DNA of 64,000 nucleotides from an uncultured delta proteobacterium (GTDB lineage Bacteria; Desulfobacterota; RBG-13-43-22): NCBI GenBank assembly GCA_963802945.1, contig CAWDKY010000028.1, positions 96,001 to 160,000 of the forward strand, read 5' to 3'. Shown piece by piece: positions 63,366 to 64,000 of this stretch (position 1 is its first letter; each line of letters starts with the position of its first letter). The notes under the pieces were generated by a model. It saw only the letters and a program-made list of their open reading frames with translations, ran no database searches and was not told where the DNA came from. The position numbers and the translations under genes were made by a program.

Positions 63366-63650
63366 CTAATCATGGCCCAGAGGCCGATGGTCGACCTTTG
63401 GAAGTTCTGACAGACGAAGCAATAAGGCAAGGATAATGCCGGTTACAACAAAGGCGAAGTCGATGGAGAAAGGAATAAAGTGATTTACCGTGGCATCATA
63501 GAGGAATCCGGCCGGGCTCGGACTGCCGGCGCTGATCAGCGTTACCACCAGTATGGGTCCGCCTGAAGTCAGCACCAAAGAGATTGGCCATCAGGACAAT
63601 CCTGCCTCCGAAACCGATCCCCATGGGTAGATAATAAAGGAAATGAATAA
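63366..63650 (-). pseudogene. Fragment of an MFS-type transporter C-terminus
   Basis: Hydrophobic pieces MGIGFGG...ANLFG and AGFLYDAT..HFIPF in different frames; no N-terminal half. Confidence 0.4.
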
Positions 63651-63916
63651 AATTCCTTAAGCATGCATCAAGGAAATAATCCCAGTTTACATGTAGGTCA
63701 GAAAGAAAACCGCTGAATGTCACTCGTCAAACCGCATACCGAGAAAGACTCAAGCCAGTTTACCGGGAGGCTATTATGTTGACATAAATATAGTTCTCTA
63801 ATATTATAAAATAAATAAAACAATTAAATATCCTGTCGTTTTTGTCTATTGCTTCTCATCGAATCCGCTGCGGCTGAAATGCCCTATGCGGTGGCCTAAA
63901 AGTACGGAGGGGAAAG

Positions 63917-64000
63917 ATGGCTATAAAAAAACGCCCATTCATTGCTTTGGTGTTGTTCCTTTTAGTTCTTTTCATTGTCGGTTCCGGTCTCCTGGGATTC
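63917..64000 (+). CDS. N-terminus of a membrane-anchored or exported protein, running off the window
   Basis: GGAGG RBS; MAIKKRPFIALVLFLLVLFIVGSGLLGF. Confidence 0.55.
   Translation, partial: MAIKKRPFIALVLFLLVLFIVGSGLLGF

Overview
This window looks like Desulfobacterota/deltaproteobacterial chromosome. That is inferred from the gene repertoire (iorAB, a dch-like hydratase, sigma54 enhancer-binding protein) and the intergenic repeats. Housekeeping and metabolic genes (liv ABC transporter, nudC, pncB, thrC, rlmH, prfB, lnt, iorAB, hisD, lepB, surE) surround an accessory block at about 7-39 kb with four parts. (1) A TIR domain fused to an RNA-polymerase alpha-CTD-like domain, bracketed by 190-bp direct repeats derived from a RAYT/Y1 transposase. 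(2) A ~7.2-kb teneurin-like YD/Rhs toxin gene followed by orphan tip/immunity modules; all three tips carry phospholipase A2-type His-Asp motifs. (3) A candidate self-contained sigma54 signalling circuit: an acyltransferase, a B12 radical SAM enzyme, a soluble V4R-GAF histidine kinase and an enolase-superfamily enzyme, transcribed divergently from an NtrC-type activator. The same tandem 18-bp TGCACA-N6-TGTGCA palindromes and -24/-12 elements lie in front of this operon, an HD-GYP gene and the toxin. (4) A LexA-headed, archaeal-PolB2-type polymerase cassette with a palindromic operator, interrupted by a vapBC pair and a Fic gene. Many genes are split by single-base frameshifts, most plausibly assembly indels; prfB carries the genuine programmed frameshift. 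All family calls come from motif recognition by eye, not database searches.
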